This document shows, in pieces, positions 9,901 through 18,802 of a stretch of 64,000 nt of DNA (the stretch's first letter is position 1; the number at the start of each line of letters is the position of its first letter). The DNA comes from Thermoanaerobaculia bacterium (lineage in GTDB: Bacteria; Acidobacteriota; Thermoanaerobaculia; Multivoradales; UBA5704): assembly GCA_044226625.1 (NCBI GenBank), contig JBGAGQ010000024.1, positions 16,570-80,569 of the forward strand. Direction: 5' to 3'. Position numbers and translations under genes: made by a program. Below the pieces are notes generated by a model. The model was not told the DNA's origin, did not search any database, and saw nothing but the letters and a program-made list of their open reading frames with translations.

Positions 9901-12900
9901 TCGGCCCCGCGGGTCGTCAACTTCGTCGCGAACGACGGCGCCGTCAACAGCAACACGGCGGTCTCGACGGTCACTGTGGTCGCGGTGGACTCGCCGCCCA
10001 CGGCGGTGGCCGACGCCGCGACGGTAACCGAAGATTCGGGCGCGAACGCGGTGAACGTGTTGGCGAACGACACGGATCCCGACAATGGGCCGAAGAGCGT
10101 CGCCTCGGTGACGCAGCCGGCGAACGGCACGGTGGTCATCACGGGCGGCGGAACGGGGCTGACTTACGCGCCGAACGCGAACTATTGCAACCAGCCGCCG
10201 GGCACGACGCTCGACACCTTCACCTACACCCTGACGCCTGGCAGCTCTTCGACTACGGTGACCATGACGGTGACCTGCGCCGACGACAATCCGGTCGCGG
10301 TGGCCGACGCGGCGACCGTGAACGAGGACTCGGGCGCGAACGCGGTGAACGTTCTTGCGAACGACACCGACCCTGACGGCGGTCCGAAGAGCGTCGCGTC
10401 GGTGACGCAGCCGGCGAACGGCGCGGTGGTGATCACGGGCGGCGGCACGGGACTGACCTACGCCCCGAACGCGAACTACTGCAACCAACCGCCGGGCACG
10501 ACGCTCGACACCTTCACCTATACGCTTTCGCCGGGCGGCAGCTCGACGACGGTGACGATGACGGTCACTTGCGTCGACGACAACCCGGTGGCGGTGGCCG
10601 ACGCGGCGACCGTGGTCGAGGACTCGGGCGCGAACGCGGTCAACGTGTTGGCCAACGACACGGACGTCGACGGCGGTCCGAAGAGCCTGGCGTCGGTGAC
10701 GCAGCCAGCGAACGGTACGGTGGTGATCACGGGCGGCGGCACGGGCCTCACCTACGCTCCGAACGCGAACTACTGCAACCAGCCGCCGGGCACGACGCTC
10801 GACACCTTCACCTATACGCTCACGCCGGGTGGCAGCACGACGACGGTGACGATGACGGTCACCTGCGTCGACGACGATCCGGTGGCGGTGGCCGATGCGG
10901 CAACCGTGAACGAAGACTCGGGCGCCAACGCGGTCAACGTGCTGGCGAACGACACCGACATCGACGGCGGTCCGAAGAGCGTCGCGTCGGTGACGCAGCC
11001 GGCGAACGGCACCGTGGTGATCACGGGCGGCGGTACGGGTCTGACCTACGCCCCGAACGCGAACTACTGCAACCAACCGCCGGGCACGACGCTCGACACC
11101 TTCACCTACACGCTCACGCCGGGCGGCAGCTCGACGACGGTGACGATGACGGTCACCTGCGTCGACGACAACCCCGTCGCGGTGGCCGACGCGGCGACTG
11201 TGGTCGAGGACTCGGGCGCCAACGCGGTGAACGTTCTGGCGAACGACACGGACGTCGACGGCGGCCCGAAGAGCGTCGCGTCGGTGACGCAGCCGGCGAA
11301 CGGCACGGTGGTGATCACGGGCGGCGGCACGGGGCTGACCTATTCCCCGAACGCGAACTATTGCAACCAACCGCCGGGCACGACGCTCGACACCTTCACC
11401 TATACCCTCACGCCGGGCAGCAGCTCGACGACGGTGACGATGACGGTCACCTGCGTCGATGACGATCCGGTGGCGGTGGCCGACGCGGCGACCGTGGTCG
11501 AGGACTCGGGCGCCAACGCGGTGAACGTATTGGCGAACGACACGGACGTCGACGCCGGCCCGAAGAGCGTCACCTCGGTAACGCAGCCGGCGAACGGCAC
11601 CGTGGTGATCACGGGCGGCGGCACGGGTCTGACCTACGCGCCGAATCCGAACTACTGCAACAACCCGCCAGGCACGACGCTCGACACCTTTACCTACGCG
11701 CTCACGCCGGGTGGCTCGTCCACCACGGTGACGATGACCGTTACCTGTGTCGACGATCCTCCGGTCGCGGTCGCCGACTCCGCCACCGTGATCGAGGACT
11801 CGGGGGCCAATGCGATCAACGTGCTGGCGAACGACACCGACATCGACGGAGGCCCGAAGAGCGTCGCCTCGGTGACGCAGCCCGCCAACGGTGTGGTGGT
11901 GATCACGGGCGGCGGAACGGGCCTGACCTACGCGCCGAACGCGAACTACTGCAACAACCCGCCGGGTACGACGCTCAGCACCTTCACGTACACCCTGACG
12001 CCGGGAGGCTCGTCGACCACGGTGACGATCACCGTAACCTGCGTCAACGATCCTCCCGTCGCCGGGGCCGATGCGGCCGACTTCATCGGCAACACGGAGC
12101 TTCGGGTGGATACCGGTGCGGTCGCGACCCCGCACGTGCTCAAGACCACGTCGAGCACGTTCGGCGTCCTCGACAACGACAGCGACCCGGTCGAGGGCGA
12201 CGCGGTGGCGGTTTCCTCGATCACGGTCGGGGCCTGCACCGACAATTCCTCGCCGTTCGATTGCACCGACGCGGCCGTGGGCACGGTCCACATGCAGACG
12301 AACGGCCGCTTCAGCTTCGAGCCGGCGCCGGGCGACACCGGCGCAACGGAGTCCTTCACCTATGTGGTGACCGACAACGGCTCGCCCGCTCCGGCGAGCG
12401 CGACCGGCACGGTGACCCTGACTCGCTTCAATCGCGTCTGGTACGTGAAGAACGATCAGGCTGCCGGTGGTCTCGGCCGGTCGGCCGATCCGTTCGACAC
12501 CTTGCTCGAGGCACAGACCAACTCGGTCGCGGGCGACACGATCTACGTCTACAACGGCGACGGTACGACCACCGGCCAGGCGAACGGCATCGTCCTCAAG
12601 GCGACCCAGCGCTTGATCGGTGAGGGTGTGCAGCTCGCCGTGCCGGTCACCGTCAATGGAGGACCGAATCCGACCGTGCTGCGTGCCGCGGGCACAGCTC
12701 CGATGGTCGACGATGTCGACGCGGGCGGGAACGCGGTCGGAGCGACCGACGTGATCCCCACCGAGATCGCCGGGTTGAACCTGGCGGGCAACACGAACGG
12801 AATCGACATCACTCACACTGGGGCTTTCGCCGGTTCGGGATCGCTGGAGATTCGCAACAACGTGATCCGCTCCGCCGGTGTCGAGGGAATCGATCTCAAC

Positions 12901-15189
12901 AAGGGCGGCACCGGGGCGCTCACCCTCTCCCTGCATGACAACACGGTGACCGCGACGAGCAACGGCATCGACGTCCTCCGTAGCAACGGGGGCCTCACCA
13001 TCACCGCGTTCGCCAACAACGTCGTGACGGGAAACACCGGAGGCTCGGGAATCGTCGTCACCGGTCCGATGTCGTTCGACTCGAATACCGCGAACGCCGT
13101 CAACGACCTGGTCTCGGGTGGCACGACCGTCATCGGCGCTTCGGGCAACGGCGTCGGGGCGAGCGGGATGGTTCTAACCAACGTCGACGGCAACTTGGAA
13201 TTCACCGACCTGGACGTCTTCAACGACGCCGGTACCGGCCTCTCCGTCACCGGATCCGGCGCGTTGACCGCCTCGACCGGCACGCGGATCGCCGTTTCCG
13301 CCGGGGTTTCTACCCTCGACTCCAGCGGTGGCCCCGCGGTCTCCATCAACAACGCCACGACGAGCCTGCCGATCAACTTCTACCGGTCGCAGAACTCCCC
13401 GACGACCGGCCTGAGCTTGGTCAATGCCTTCGGCGGCGTGGGTTCCACCGCGTTCTCCGCGAGCACCGGACAGATTTCGGATCCGGTCGGTGCGTCGGGA
13501 ACCGCGGTCAACGTCAGCGGCGGCAACGGCAACGTCACGATCGGGATCCCGGTGACGAACACCTCCGGCAACTCGGTCGTCGTGACCAACCGCTCGAGCG
13601 ACACGGTCAGCTTCACCGGAACGGTGAGCGACAACGGCGGCTCCGGTATCTCGCTGACCACCAATACCGGGGCGACGATCGGCTTCTCCGGCGCGATCAC
13701 GGCGAGCACCGGCGCCAACCCGGCGTTCACCGCGACCGGGGGCGGAACGGTAACGGCCACGGACACGACCAGCACGCTCACGACCACGACCGCGACCGCG
13801 CTGAACGTCGCCAACACGATGATCGGCGCCGGCGGTCTCAGGTTCCGGTCGATCACGGCCGGAACCGCGGGGAGCGGCCCGGCGAACGGCATCGTGCTCA
13901 ATACGACGGGAGCGAGCGGCGGGCTCACGGTCTCCGGAACCGGCGGCGCCGGAACCGGCGGCACGATCCAGAAGACGACCGGACCGGGCGTGCTGTTGAT
14001 GTCCACCCAGAACGTCAGCCTGAGCTCTCTCAACGTGATCAACGGTACCGACGACGGAATTCACGGCGAATCGGTAACCAACCTCGACCTGATCGGCTGC
14101 AGCATCACCGGCAACGGAAACTCCACCACCGACGACGGCATCCAGTTGGGTCTCGAGAGCGGAGCGACCACCGGTGTCTCCGGTACCTTGAACCTGACGA
14201 ACACCACCGTCAGCTCCTCGGCCCACAACAACGTGCATATCCGCAACACGCTCGGTACGTTGACGATGAACGTGACGGGGGGAGCTTTCAACAACATCAG
14301 CGACACGACCGGCGCCAACTCGTTCCTCTACGAGGCCTCCGGCACGTCGACCACCACGGCGGCGACGATCAGCGGCGCGACCTTCAGCACGAACTCGCCG
14401 CAGCGAGGTCTCGAGGTCCAGGCGCACGACACGGCGACGATCACCGACTTCACGGTGTCGGGTAACACCTTCACCGATAACGGCATCCACGCGAGCTTCA
14501 CGCAGGACACGAGCGCCAACCTCACGTTCAAGATGCTCAACAACTTGAACATGTTGACGGCGACGCCGCTCCACGCGATCAACGTCTTCTCCTCTTCGAC
14601 GTCGACCGGCGGAACGATCCGCGGCCGGATCCAGGGCAACACCATCGGGAACGGCGCGGTTTCCGGGTCCGGTTCGTCGTCGGGCAACGGAGTCCGCGTC
14701 CTGATCCAAGGTCGCACCGCCGCCACGCTGCTGATCGACGGCAACGTGATTCGACAGACGCCGGGCGGCCGGGCCGTGGACATGCAGTTCCTCGGCTCGA
14801 CGACCACGGGTCTGGGTATCGTCTCGACGAACGACGTGACGATCACCAACAACGACGTTCAGAACAACGCGCCGGCGGCCTCTTTCCCGCTCGCGGCGAT
14901 CTTCCTCGCTTCCGACAACCAGGGAAGCCCGGCCCGTGTCCGTGCCGACATCCGCACGAACACCGTGCCGGCAACGGTCGGACCCAACGGCTCGTTCGAC
15001 TATCCGACCTTCGACGGCAACGCGGCCTGGTTCGTCTACGAGGAGCTCGGAGGGGCGACGTCCGAGCTCGTGGACAACGCGCCCGCCAGCGGAACCGCCA
15101 CAGCCGAGATGCAAAGCCACAACACCGGAACCATGTATGCCAACTCGGGGGTGGCCCTGATCGCAGGACCGATCACCACGCCGCCGTAG
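6997..15189 (+). CDS. Giant surface adhesin (2730 aa): signal peptide, internal IPTL-CTERM, tandem cadherin/Ig-like repeats, C-terminal beta-helix-like region
   Basis: N-terminal signal ending AAA; IPTLGGWGLALLGLLLALAAGKTLRRR at aa ~165-190; 12 x 98-aa repeats plus 3 variant Ig domains; Asn/Gly/Thr-rich C-terminal ~900 aa. Confidence 0.9.
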   Translation: MTAKRFPQLLAFAVASLFALRPAAAVTSTFKIYIDAGNDNAATSCTDPSVPFRFDEVLTTTVDTSGAASASVTAVAHQSCLSGTLDPTPHAVPGPPTPPWNVGIGNGDNATNVIETFFKFTGAAPTSVRFALVATGASGGLDIVTTTASGSPTPIVLVLGPVIDIPTLGGWGLALLGLLLALAAGKTLRRRGARVALAILFLSSAGALWAVCLFDGLTNDWSVGQRVAQDNAGDSAGGPDVRSFYAKFENGSLCFRIDSSLIFNDPPTADDQAPSTAEDTALPLTLTGSDPNGDPLTFSIVSGPAHGTLGPLSGATATSVNVSYTPAADFNGSDSFVFQVADGLGGTDQGTVSITVTPVDDTPIAVNDAATVAEDSGATAVPVLANDTDVDAGPIGIASVTQPANGTVVITGGGTGLTYAPNANYCNQPPGTTLDTFTYTLTPGSSSATVTMTVTCVDDAPVAVADAATVAEDSGASAVDVLTNDTDIDAGPKTVASVTQPTNGSVVITGGGTGLTYAPNANYCNQPPGTTLDTFTYTLAPGGSSATVTMTVTCVDDAPVAVADAATVAEDSGATAVSVLANDTDVDAGPISIASVTQPANGAVVITGGGTGLTYAPNANYCNQPPGTTLDTFTYTLTPGSSSTTVTMTVTCVDDNPVAVADAATVLEDSGANAIAVLANDTDIDAGPKSVASVTQPVNGAVVITGGGTGLTYAPSANYCNNPPGTTLDTFTYTLAPGGSSTTVTMTVTCVDDAPVAVADAATVNEDSGANAINVLANDPDLDGGPKVVGSVTQPANGAVVITGGGTGLTYAPNADYCNQPPGTTLDTFTYTLSPGGSSATVTVTVSCLNDAPAVDLDANDDQGTTGSDFAATYTEGTAATLIEDPTDATVTDIDNTTLASMTVTLTNLLDTGFETLSTDTTGTSIVAVYTLAPGTGTLTLTGPDTIANFRTVLRKVRYLNTDIDPDASAPRVVNFVANDGAVNSNTAVSTVTVVAVDSPPTAVADAATVTEDSGANAVNVLANDTDPDNGPKSVASVTQPANGTVVITGGGTGLTYAPNANYCNQPPGTTLDTFTYTLTPGSSSTTVTMTVTCADDNPVAVADAATVNEDSGANAVNVLANDTDPDGGPKSVASVTQPANGAVVITGGGTGLTYAPNANYCNQPPGTTLDTFTYTLSPGGSSTTVTMTVTCVDDNPVAVADAATVVEDSGANAVNVLANDTDVDGGPKSLASVTQPANGTVVITGGGTGLTYAPNANYCNQPPGTTLDTFTYTLTPGGSTTTVTMTVTCVDDDPVAVADAATVNEDSGANAVNVLANDTDIDGGPKSVASVTQPANGTVVITGGGTGLTYAPNANYCNQPPGTTLDTFTYTLTPGGSSTTVTMTVTCVDDNPVAVADAATVVEDSGANAVNVLANDTDVDGGPKSVASVTQPANGTVVITGGGTGLTYSPNANYCNQPPGTTLDTFTYTLTPGSSSTTVTMTVTCVDDDPVAVADAATVVEDSGANAVNVLANDTDVDAGPKSVTSVTQPANGTVVITGGGTGLTYAPNPNYCNNPPGTTLDTFTYALTPGGSSTTVTMTVTCVDDPPVAVADSATVIEDSGANAINVLANDTDIDGGPKSVASVTQPANGVVVITGGGTGLTYAPNANYCNNPPGTTLSTFTYTLTPGGSSTTVTITVTCVNDPPVAGADAADFIGNTELRVDTGAVATPHVLKTTSSTFGVLDNDSDPVEGDAVAVSSITVGACTDNSSPFDCTDAAVGTVHMQTNGRFSFEPAPGDTGATESFTYVVTDNGSPAPASATGTVTLTRFNRVWYVKNDQAAGGLGRSADPFDTLLEAQTNSVAGDTIYVYNGDGTTTGQANGIVLKATQRLIGEGVQLAVPVTVNGGPNPTVLRAAGTAPMVDDVDAGGNAVGATDVIPTEIAGLNLAGNTNGIDITHTGAFAGSGSLEIRNNVIRSAGVEGIDLNKGGTGALTLSLHDNTVTATSNGIDVLRSNGGLTITAFANNVVTGNTGGSGIVVTGPMSFDSNTANAVNDLVSGGTTVIGASGNGVGASGMVLTNVDGNLEFTDLDVFNDAGTGLSVTGSGALTASTGTRIAVSAGVSTLDSSGGPAVSINNATTSLPINFYRSQNSPTTGLSLVNAFGGVGSTAFSASTGQISDPVGASGTAVNVSGGNGNVTIGIPVTNTSGNSVVVTNRSSDTVSFTGTVSDNGGSGISLTTNTGATIGFSGAITASTGANPAFTATGGGTVTATDTTSTLTTTTATALNVANTMIGAGGLRFRSITAGTAGSGPANGIVLNTTGASGGLTVSGTGGAGTGGTIQKTTGPGVLLMSTQNVSLSSLNVINGTDDGIHGESVTNLDLIGCSITGNGNSTTDDGIQLGLESGATTGVSGTLNLTNTTVSSSAHNNVHIRNTLGTLTMNVTGGAFNNISDTTGANSFLYEASGTSTTTAATISGATFSTNSPQRGLEVQAHDTATITDFTVSGNTFTDNGIHASFTQDTSANLTFKMLNNLNMLTATPLHAINVFSSSTSTGGTIRGRIQGNTIGNGAVSGSGSSSGNGVRVLIQGRTAATLLIDGNVIRQTPGGRAVDMQFLGSTTTGLGIVSTNDVTITNNDVQNNAPAASFPLAAIFLASDNQGSPARVRADIRTNTVPATVGPNGSFDYPTFDGNAAWFVYEELGGATSELVDNAPASGTATAEMQSHNTGTMYANSGVALIAGPITTPP
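8074..12045 (+). repeat. Intragenic 294-bp repeats, 5 units (8074-9543) + 7 units (9988-12045)
   Basis: Unit DDxPVAVADAATVxEDSG...VLANDTDxDxGP...TQPANG...YAPNANYCNQPPGTTLDTFTYTLTPG...TVTCV repeats with exact 294-nt period, interrupted by one unrelated cadherin-like domain. Confidence 0.97.
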
Positions 15190-15253
15190 CGATTCGCGTT
15201 GTTTCGCGGGACGGGGAGTCCGGGCCCGGAAGTGCTAACTAGAGGAGGTATTC

Positions 15254-15757
15254 ATGGCAGAACCTTTTTTGAGCGAGATCAGGATCATGAGCTTCGTGTT
15301 CGCGCCGAAGGGGTGGGCTCTCTGTAATGGGCAACTTCTGCCCATCAATCAGAACCAGGCTCTGTTCTCCCTTCTGGGAACGACGTTCGGGGGCGACGGC
15401 CGGGTCAACTTCGCCTTGCCCGACCTTCGCGCACGTACGCCGATCCACGTCGGCAGCGGACACACGCTCGGCGACCGTGGCGGTGAGCAGGCTCACACGT
15501 TGAGCATTGCGGAGCTTCCGACCCACACCCATGTGATGAATGCCACCTCGAACGACGCCACTCAGCCGATTCCAACGGCGAATCTGCTGAGTCGCGAGGC
15601 ACCGGCAAACCCCTACATCTCGCCCACCAACCTGAGCGCGATGATCGCCGGGACCGTGGCGAACACCGGAGGCTCACAGGCTCACTTGAACATGCAGCCC
15701 TTCCTGACCCTGTCCTTTTGCATAGCCCTTCAGGGCATTTTCCCGAGCGCTACCTAG
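15254..15757 (+). CDS. Phage tail-collar domain protein (microcystin-dependent protein-like), paralog 1
   Basis: FLSEIR..FAPKGWALCNGQLLPINQNQALFSLLGTTFGGDG..FALPDLR; HTH (HxH); ends IALQGIFP; GAGGAGG RBS. Confidence 0.92.
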   Translation: MAEPFLSEIRIMSFVFAPKGWALCNGQLLPINQNQALFSLLGTTFGGDGRVNFALPDLRARTPIHVGSGHTLGDRGGEQAHTLSIAELPTHTHVMNATSNDATQPIPTANLLSREAPANPYISPTNLSAMIAGTVANTGGSQAHLNMQPFLTLSFCIALQGIFPSAT

Positions 15758-15766
15758 GAGGCTGGA

Positions 15767-16270
15767 ATGGCGCAACCCTACGTCGGAGAGATTCGAATGT
15801 TCGCCGGGAATTTCGCCCCGGCGGGTTGGATGTTTTGCGAGGGCCAGCTCCTACCGATCTCCGAATACGAGACCCTCTTCAACTTGATCGGGACCACCTA
15901 TGGTGGCGACGGCCAGAGCACCTTCGCGCTGCCCGATTCGCGCGGCCGAATTCCCGTTCACCAAGGAGGAGGCTTCGTCCTGGCGGAAACCGGTGGTGCC
16001 GAGGAGATCACGCTCACAGTCAACCAGATCGCCGCTCACAGTCACCCCCTTCTCTGTGCGAACGTCGTGGGAAACGATCCCAACCCGGCCACCCGGGTGC
16101 TCGCCGAGTCGTCGGCGGCGACGCTGTACCAATCGGGCGCACCCGCCGCCGCGATGGCTCCTCAGTCGATCGGGTCGACCGGCGGAAGTCAGCCCCACAC
16201 GAATTTCCAGCCCTATCTTTGTGTCAACTTCATCATCTCGCTCTTCGGGATCTTCCCGTCTCCCACCTAG
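15767..16270 (+). CDS. Phage tail-collar domain protein, paralog 2
   Basis: YVGEIRMFAGNFAPAGWMFCEGQLL..LFNLIGTTYGGDG..FALPD; HSH; ends ISLFGIFP. Confidence 0.92.
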   Translation: MAQPYVGEIRMFAGNFAPAGWMFCEGQLLPISEYETLFNLIGTTYGGDGQSTFALPDSRGRIPVHQGGGFVLAETGGAEEITLTVNQIAAHSHPLLCANVVGNDPNPATRVLAESSAATLYQSGAPAAAMAPQSIGSTGGSQPHTNFQPYLCVNFIISLFGIFPSPT

Positions 16271-16285
16271 AAAGGGACCAGAACG

Positions 16286-16807
16286 ATGGATCCATTTGTC
16301 GCTGAGATTCGGATCTTTCCCTTCAACTTCGCGCCCCGAGGGTGGGCGTGGTGCGATGGTCAGTTGCTGCCCCTTTCACAGAACACCGCACTGTTCTCCC
16401 TGCTGGGCACGACGTACGGCGGAAACGGGAAAAGCAATTTCGCCCTTCCCGATCTACAGGGTCGCGCGCCGATGCATCCCGGCCAAGGCCCCGGCCTGTC
16501 ACTACACGATCTGGGTGAAACCGGTGGCTCCGAGACCGTCTCCCTGCTCGAGAGCGAGATTCCGTCCCATAGCCATGCCCTCATGTCCCTCGGAGCACCG
16601 GGGAACCGCACGAGCCCGGTCAACAACTCCATCGCGCGTCCGGCCGCCGGAAACGCCTTCGTTCCTCCCGCGGGTGCGCCGTTGGTCGCGATGGCCGATC
16701 AAAGTCTCCCGCCCGCCGGCGGCGACCAGCCGCATAACAACATGCAGCCGTACCTGACGTTCTATTTCAACATCGCCCTTCAGGGCGTGTTCCCACCGCG
16801 CACTTGA
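16286..16807 (+). CDS. Phage tail-collar domain protein, paralog 3
   Basis: FVAEIRIFPFNFAPRGWAWCDGQLL..LFSLLGTTYGGNG..FALPDLQGR; HSH; ends IALQGVFP. Confidence 0.92.
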   Translation: MDPFVAEIRIFPFNFAPRGWAWCDGQLLPLSQNTALFSLLGTTYGGNGKSNFALPDLQGRAPMHPGQGPGLSLHDLGETGGSETVSLLESEIPSHSHALMSLGAPGNRTSPVNNSIARPAAGNAFVPPAGAPLVAMADQSLPPAGGDQPHNNMQPYLTFYFNIALQGVFPPRT

Positions 16808-16836
16808 AGCCCCTCTAGGCTTCTGCAGTAGGGCGT

Positions 16837-16856
16837 GCTCCTCCTTCGGGAGGAGC
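16837..16856 (+). terminator. Stable hairpin after the tail-collar genes (terminator or RNA stability element)
   Basis: GCTCCTCC-TTCG-GGAGGAGC with a C(UUCG)G tetraloop; no clear U-tract. Confidence 0.5.
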
Positions 16857-17016
16857 CGTTCGCCCGCTCTCTACTTCGCTCGATCCCACATCTGCGGGCG
16901 CCCTAAAGTATTGATTCCGTGTGCGTTCCCCGCCCGGGTGTGCTAGCGTGACCGAGCTGCTGAACCTGTTGCTCTAGCTTGGGTCTCCAATCCGCCCGAA
17001 TTTAGCGAGGCGCGCC

Positions 17017-17778
17017 ATGCGTTCGATCACTTCCGTGAAGTCGTCGTCCCCTTCCTGGAGCCGCCGCGAGTTTCTCGGCATTTCGTCGGTCGGCGTGCTC
17101 GCCGCCTCCTTTCCCGGGATCGCCCGAGCGCAGACCGCGCGGCAGGGGAAAGCACAAGCCCTCTCGATGGGCTACATCGAAGGGAGCGAGACGCTGAGGA
17201 GCCTCAAGCGCCTTCCTCGGGCGCTTCGGCGGCCAGGCCTCGAAGCGGACGCCGAGACCGGTCTTCGGATCGTGCGCGCCGACTCTATTTGGGCGGGCGA
17301 CGGAGAGCTCTACGGTCGACCGTTGCGGGTCGCCATTCGAGGTCTCTATCCGCCAGGTATGGCGGAAACCAAGCAGCGGGACCAGTTGCCGCGGAGCGTG
17401 CACGTCGACGCCGTGTTCCCCTCCTTCGATCCGATCGACGATCGGCCGAATCGGTTCGCGGCTTGGAGCTTCGAACAAGTGGGCGGGTGGAGCCCGAGCC
17501 CGCCGATTCGCTTCGCCTTTACCCACGAAGACGAAAATCCCCTGGCGCTGGTTCTCGACGTCGTAGACGCGGCGGGTGTTCCGGCGAGCTATGAGACTCG
17601 ATTCACCATCGACCGGGAGACAGGACTGCCCCGCCTACGGCGCGGCCTTTATCTCTTGGGCCTGTCTGCGGAAACGTGGGCTTTCGATGCGAGCCTTCCG
17701 GCGCTCGTCGGACCACGAGCCGCGATACGCTATGCCTCGATCCTGATGTCGATCGAGCTCGCGCCCGAAGCAGTGTAG
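17017..17778 (+). CDS. Hypothetical protein with twin-arginine (Tat) signal peptide
   Basis: SRREFL motif, hydrophobic stretch and ARA cleavage site; mature part not recognised. Confidence 0.75.
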   Translation: MRSITSVKSSSPSWSRREFLGISSVGVLAASFPGIARAQTARQGKAQALSMGYIEGSETLRSLKRLPRALRRPGLEADAETGLRIVRADSIWAGDGELYGRPLRVAIRGLYPPGMAETKQRDQLPRSVHVDAVFPSFDPIDDRPNRFAAWSFEQVGGWSPSPPIRFAFTHEDENPLALVLDVVDAAGVPASYETRFTIDRETGLPRLRRGLYLLGLSAETWAFDASLPALVGPRAAIRYASILMSIELAPEAV

Positions 17779-17801
17779 TCCGCGCCGAGCGGAAAGGCCG
17801 G

Positions 17802-18296
17802 ATGGTCTCCGATCTCGAATTGCGTCCCGCCACCGAGCAGGACCGTGACTTTCTCCTTCGGCTCTACGCGAGCACCCGCGAAGAGGAGCTCTCGGTCGTC
17901 GATTGGCCCCCCGAGCAGAAACGGGCCTTTCTGGCGATGCAGTTCCAAGCCCAGGACGTGCATTACCGGGAGCACTACCCTGGTGCCGAGCTCCTCGTCA
18001 TCTTGCGCGCGGGGATCGAGGCCGGCCGTTTCTACGTCTTTCGAACCGCCCAAGAAATCCGCCTCATGGACATCGCTCTGCTACCCGAACACCGGAACTT
18101 CGGAATTGCCACCGAGTTGATCGGTCGTCTTTTTGCCGAGGGCACGGCGACCGGCCGGATCGTGAGCGTCCACGTCGAGCAGTTCAATCCGGCGTTGCGG
18201 CTGTACGAGCGCCTCGGATTCGAGCGGAGCGCCGAGCGCGGTGCCTATTTCCTGATGGTCTGGAGACCCGCGGCCGCCGCCGCGACCGTCAGGTAA
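17802..18296 (+). CDS. GNAT family N-acetyltransferase
   Basis: LRPAT..DRDFL..LYASTR, IRLMDIALLPEHRNFGIAT, NPALRLYERLGF motifs. Confidence 0.92.
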   Translation: MVSDLELRPATEQDRDFLLRLYASTREEELSVVDWPPEQKRAFLAMQFQAQDVHYREHYPGAELLVILRAGIEAGRFYVFRTAQEIRLMDIALLPEHRNFGIATELIGRLFAEGTATGRIVSVHVEQFNPALRLYERLGFERSAERGAYFLMVWRPAAAAATVR

Positions 18297-18579
18297 ATAT
18301 GACCTCGTAGCGGAAGACGCCCCGATCCGGACCCAGAGGAACCGCGAACATCTCCAGCGGCCCGATCTCGGGCTGCTCGAAGCGATAAATGCTCTGAGGA
18401 AGGACCGGCGCTTCGAGCGGTGCGTGGAAAATCAGCGAGAACGCTTGCCGCGAACCCGAGTCGCCGAGCGGAGTCACCGTGTTCAGCCGAGTATCGACTG
18501 TCATCCCGTCCGCCACGACGATGCGGAATGGCGAATCCTTCAGCCGTTCGAACGAGTCGATCCTAAGGTCTTCGAGCAT
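18289..18579 (-). CDS. DUF6916-like small protein
   Basis: RQAFSLIF...LPQSIYRFE....LEMFAVPLG......YEVIF pattern typical of the family found next to tail-collar/GNAT genes. Confidence 0.75.
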   Translation of the reverse strand: MLEDLRIDSFERLKDSPFRIVVADGMTVDTRLNTVTPLGDSGSRQAFSLIFHAPLEAPVLPQSIYRFEQPEIGPLEMFAVPLGPDRGVFRYEVIFT

Positions 18580-18802
18580 TGTGCCTCCTCCGGAACCCGA
18601 ATCTTATAGGGAACGACGGCCTTCGGATCCCCCGAGGGGACGGCGTGTCGGGGAAGCGGCTCGCAACGCGCGTTCGCGCACGTTCCGAGCTGCGATAGAT
18701 TGCCCAGGCGAACATCGACCGCTTCGGGACGACTCGATCCCCGGCATTTCTCCCGGCCGGGATCTGTAACCGCCGCTTGGCCCGCGGCATAGGAGGAGTG
18801 GA

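Noticed and set aside
9874-15120. Long minus-strand ORFs (1020 aa and 648 aa) opposite the adhesin
   Set aside because: Antisense shadows of GC3-biased codons; Arg/Val/Gly/His-rich with no motifs
15254-16807. Prophage, tailocin or contractile injection system
   Set aside because: Only tail-collar domains are present; no sheath, tube, baseplate, capsid, terminase or lysis genes
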